The notes below the pieces were generated by a model. That model saw only the letters and a list, made by a program, of their open reading frames with translations, did not search any database and was not told the DNA's origin. A DNA stretch of 63,210 nt, counting the filler. It is 14 parts of 14 records of this genome, joined end to end, with 100 filler letters (N's around TTAATTAATTAA, not from the genome) between each part and the next. Parts side by side here need not be neighbours in the genome. Positions count along the whole stretch, not along the records: positions 51,999 to 63,210 come from SRR9188676_1841; 13 more parts are not named here. One strand, written 5' to 3'. The position numbers were made by a program, and so were the translations under genes. Positions within the stretch are counted from its first letter, which is position 1, and each line of letters begins with the position of its first letter. This document shows, piece after piece, positions 59,567-63,210 of the stretch.

Positions 59567-60292
59567 TCAGGCTGCGTTGAGTACTTGGACCAGCTCGGCA
59601 ATCTTCGTGGCGATCACGGCCATGGTGTCTTCCTTGGTGCTCAAGCCACTTCGGGAGGCCAGCATCGGGCTGACTTCGAGCAGTGCTTCGAACGTCGTAT
59701 TGTGAATGATGGGCAAGAGCAAATTTTTCGAGAGCAGTGTCGACAGCTCCTTGTCGGCGACGCTCTCGTTGGGCAGACGCTCTAGCAACGCAGGCGTCAC
59801 CAGCACGAGCCCGATGCGCGAGGCAGCGAGGCCCTTGTCGATGGCGCGCATCATCGGCACTCCCAGCGGAAGGTCGTTCTCACTGAACCAGACTTTGACA
59901 CCGGCGGCCACAAGCAGCTCGCGCAGCTCCTTGGCGGCTCCTTGGCGGTCGCCCCATGCGTGGCACAAGAACACGTCGCGCAAGTCGGGCTGGGTCGCTG
60001 CCCGCTGTTCGACGGTCTCCCGGATGGGCGTGAGGGACTGTACTTGGGCAGGCGTGTACGAGACAGTCGATCCGGCGCGCGACCAGCGTGGCCTGGCGCT
60101 GCCGCTGCTACCACCGCTGCTGCCGGTGCTGCGGGCGCTCGGGCTGCTGCCAGAGCCGTAGGACGGACTGGAGCTGTAGCCGCTGCCATAACCGCCCCCG
60201 TAGTTGTACCGGCTGCGAGAACTGCATGCCGGGCAGTCCGCGGCCGCAGATGCGGTGCGGTGCCCGCGTGAAGGTGCTGTGCAACGTGCCAA
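59567..60292 (-). CDS. TIR domain protein with N-terminal C-x6-H-x8-CxxC putative Zn motif and Gly/Ser linker
   Basis: DVFLCHAWGDR...VWFSE...IDKGLAASRIGLVLVTP...DKEL (catalytic-position Glu)...LPIIH. TTG start with an AAGGAG RBS. Confidence 0.88.
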   Translation of the reverse strand: MARCTAPSRGHRTASAAADCPACSSRSRYNYGGGYGSGYSSSPSYGSGSSPSARSTGSSGGSSGSARPRWSRAGSTVSYTPAQVQSLTPIRETVEQRAATQPDLRDVFLCHAWGDRQGAAKELRELLVAAGVKVWFSENDLPLGVPMMRAIDKGLAASRIGLVLVTPALLERLPNESVADKELSTLLSKNLLLPIIHNTTFEALLEVSPMLASRSGLSTKEDTMAVIATKIAELVQVLNAA

Positions 60293-60753
60293 TCCTCACT
60301 CCTTCGAAGTAGTTGTAGCTAAAAGCTTTTGCTGACGAAAATGCATGGTCTGCAGATTTGTCGGTTTTGTAAACCCGAGAACAGGGTATTGATAAGTACA
60401 GTTATCTATACCGAAACGCAAAAAAGGCTGGTGTTGTGTTCGGAGGCGAGCGATATGTCGTTCACGATGTGCTCCCAAGACGCGATTGCTGCACGGCTTT
60501 TCAGCGAATAGTCAAAGTTTCGCCGACAGTAGATGCCGTTCGTGTCCCGCGCTAGAACCTTCATCGCCACCTCTCGAGCGATTCCCCGCCGAGCTGCGGT
60601 TCGAACGTAGAGAGCACGGTGGCTTAGGTCAAATATCGCGAACGTTCCTCATGCTGATGACGGAGTACTTCCCGTTGCGCCAAAGGTCTGCATTCGGCCA
60701 AATTTTCCCCTCGGCACGACCGACTGGCAGTGGCCGGTTGCAGGCAGACAAAG

Positions 60754-61164
60754 CTATTGCGCGTGAACTCTGAATCCCAAGTAGAGAAAAAACGCCACAA
60801 CCGCCCCGACGATGGCAAGCCCAACCGACCACGGAATGTCCATGTCACTGCGCTCGCGACGCGAGACGCCATCCATACGGGTCAGCATCGCGCGTCGCTG
60901 GTCCGGCGTGTTGATGAGGAACCTGACGATGCCTGCAATGCCGCAAAGCACAACAGCGCCCCCGAGGATCATCAACCCCCAAACTTCCATATTGAACGTG
61001 ATGGGAAATGCACCATCGGCGGCTGCGACAAAGGGTTCGCGTCCCCTTCGCGTGACAACGATTTGTCCGGCGCGCCATGCATTGAATCCGTGCAGAAAGG
61101 CGAAGACGCCCAAGGAGAGGGTCGCAGCGAGCAGGAAGAACAGCTTGAGGAATCGCAAAAGCAT
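60754..61164 (-). CDS. Three-TM membrane protein
   Basis: MLLRFLKLFFLL... with three hydrophobic segments. Start trimmed from track ORF 60754..61410. Confidence 0.65.
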   Translation of the reverse strand: MLLRFLKLFFLLAATLSLGVFAFLHGFNAWRAGQIVVTRRGREPFVAAADGAFPITFNMEVWGLMILGGAVVLCGIAGIVRFLINTPDQRRAMLTRMDGVSRRERSDMDIPWSVGLAIVGAVVAFFLYLGFRVHAQ

Positions 61165-61342
61165 GCTTTGGTGTTCAGCTTGAAGGAACGAAACGCCGGA
61201 CGACTTTAGCGGCACAAGCCATTGGCGCAAGAGGCCCCGGCGCCTTTGGCCCCGGCAGGTCCTCGCAAAGCGGGTATGCCCCGAGGCCTCCCACACCCCA
61301 CCTTCAGCCCCCGCCGCGCCAAGTGTTCCAATAGAGCCCTTC

Positions 61343-61774
61343 ATGAGCGCCACCGACCCCACTCCCGGCCCCTGCCCCTGCGGCCGCACCGACCGTCGCG
61401 ACAAGCCCATTGGCTACGCCCTGTGCTGTGGGCGCTACCTCGACGATTTCGAGAACACGCCGGCGCCCGACGCCGAATCGCTGATGCGTTCGCGCTACTC
61501 GGCCTTCGTACTGGGCCGCGCCGACTACCTGCTCGCCACCTGGCATGCGTCGAAGCGGCCGGCGTCGGTCGAGTTCGAGCCGGGCGTGAAATGGCTGGGG
61601 CTGGACATCCGCTCGCGCTCGGTGCTCGACGCCGACCACGCCGAGGTCGAGTTCGTCGCCCGCCAGCGCGGCGCGACGGGCGTGGCGTTCCGCCTGCACG
61701 AGCGCAGCCGCTTCGTGCGCGAGAACGAGCGCTGGTTCTACGTCGACGGCGACCTGCACCAGCCCCCGGGTTGA
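61343..61774 (+). CDS. ychJ: YchJ family protein (SEC-C motif + NTF2-like domain)
   Basis: CPCG...CC, LMRSRYSAF, YLLATWH and HERSRF...WFYVDG. Confidence 0.93.
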   Translation: MSATDPTPGPCPCGRTDRRDKPIGYALCCGRYLDDFENTPAPDAESLMRSRYSAFVLGRADYLLATWHASKRPASVEFEPGVKWLGLDIRSRSVLDADHAEVEFVARQRGATGVAFRLHERSRFVRENERWFYVDGDLHQPPG

Positions 61775-61805
61775 CGGCGGCGGGCTTCGGCCCGCACAAT
61801 CGGCC

Positions 61806-61897
61806 CCGCTCCGGGGTGCACGCATGTGGTGTGCTGAGATGGCAAAGCTGCCGACCCGCGAACTTGATCCGGGTCATACCGGCGTAAGAAGAGCTGC
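61806..61897 (+). ncRNA. TPP riboswitch
   Basis: GGGGTGC...GCTGAGA...ACCC..GAACTTGATCCGGGTCATACCGGCGTAAGAA upstream of thiC. A downstream GCACTCC is complementary to the GGAGTGC RBS. Confidence 0.93.
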
Positions 61898-61906
61898 ACT
61901 CCCTGA

Positions 61907-63210
<1,304 letters not shown>

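Larger units (their letters stand above)
55340..61215. mobile_element. Accessory gene island / cassette-like array with no integrase in view
   Basis: Visibly lower GC and weaker GC3 bias than the flanking housekeeping genes. It holds about nine small unrelated ORFs separated by related short sites. Confidence 0.65.

Overview
This window is not one genomic locus. It is a pseudo-scaffold of 14 contigs joined by 13 identical 100-nt linkers (N44-TTAATTAATTAA-N44). Twelve contigs come from an unidentified intron-containing microbial eukaryote. They carry BABAM1, an RBPMS/cpo-type RRM protein, an N-terminally acylated-type PKA regulatory subunit, AARSD1/AlaX, RAD6, UBA1, an FkbM methyltransferase, an Ulp1-like protease, ankyrin and NHL repeat proteins, ADAT3, CDKAL1, and a ~1150-codon low-complexity ORF absent from the ORF track. 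One AT-rich contig (38655-42429) is Bacteroidota, with tRNA-Leu, DUF3127, an ABC1/UbiB kinase, a TetR-like protein and an M43 protease with a T9SS tail. The last contig (51999-63210) is a Variovorax-like betaproteobacterium: cpg2, an acyl-CoA dehydrogenase and a metallophosphoesterase, then a ~6 kb accessory island, then ychJ and a TPP riboswitch with thiC. The best candidate for an undescribed system is that island. It is an array of small cassette-like genes (immunity-like proteins and a TIR + Nmad2-like pair), most preceded in their own orientation by a degenerate ~27-bp site (core about CGGCCAnAAGCGGACATT). The site is not a classical attC and no recombinase is present in the window. The best eukaryotic observations are a same-strand intronless NHL gene nested in a 2.4-kb ADAT3 intron and repeated head-to-head gene pairs, including E1/E2 and two tRNA-modifying enzymes. 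All family calls are from motif recognition by eye; no database searches were run.
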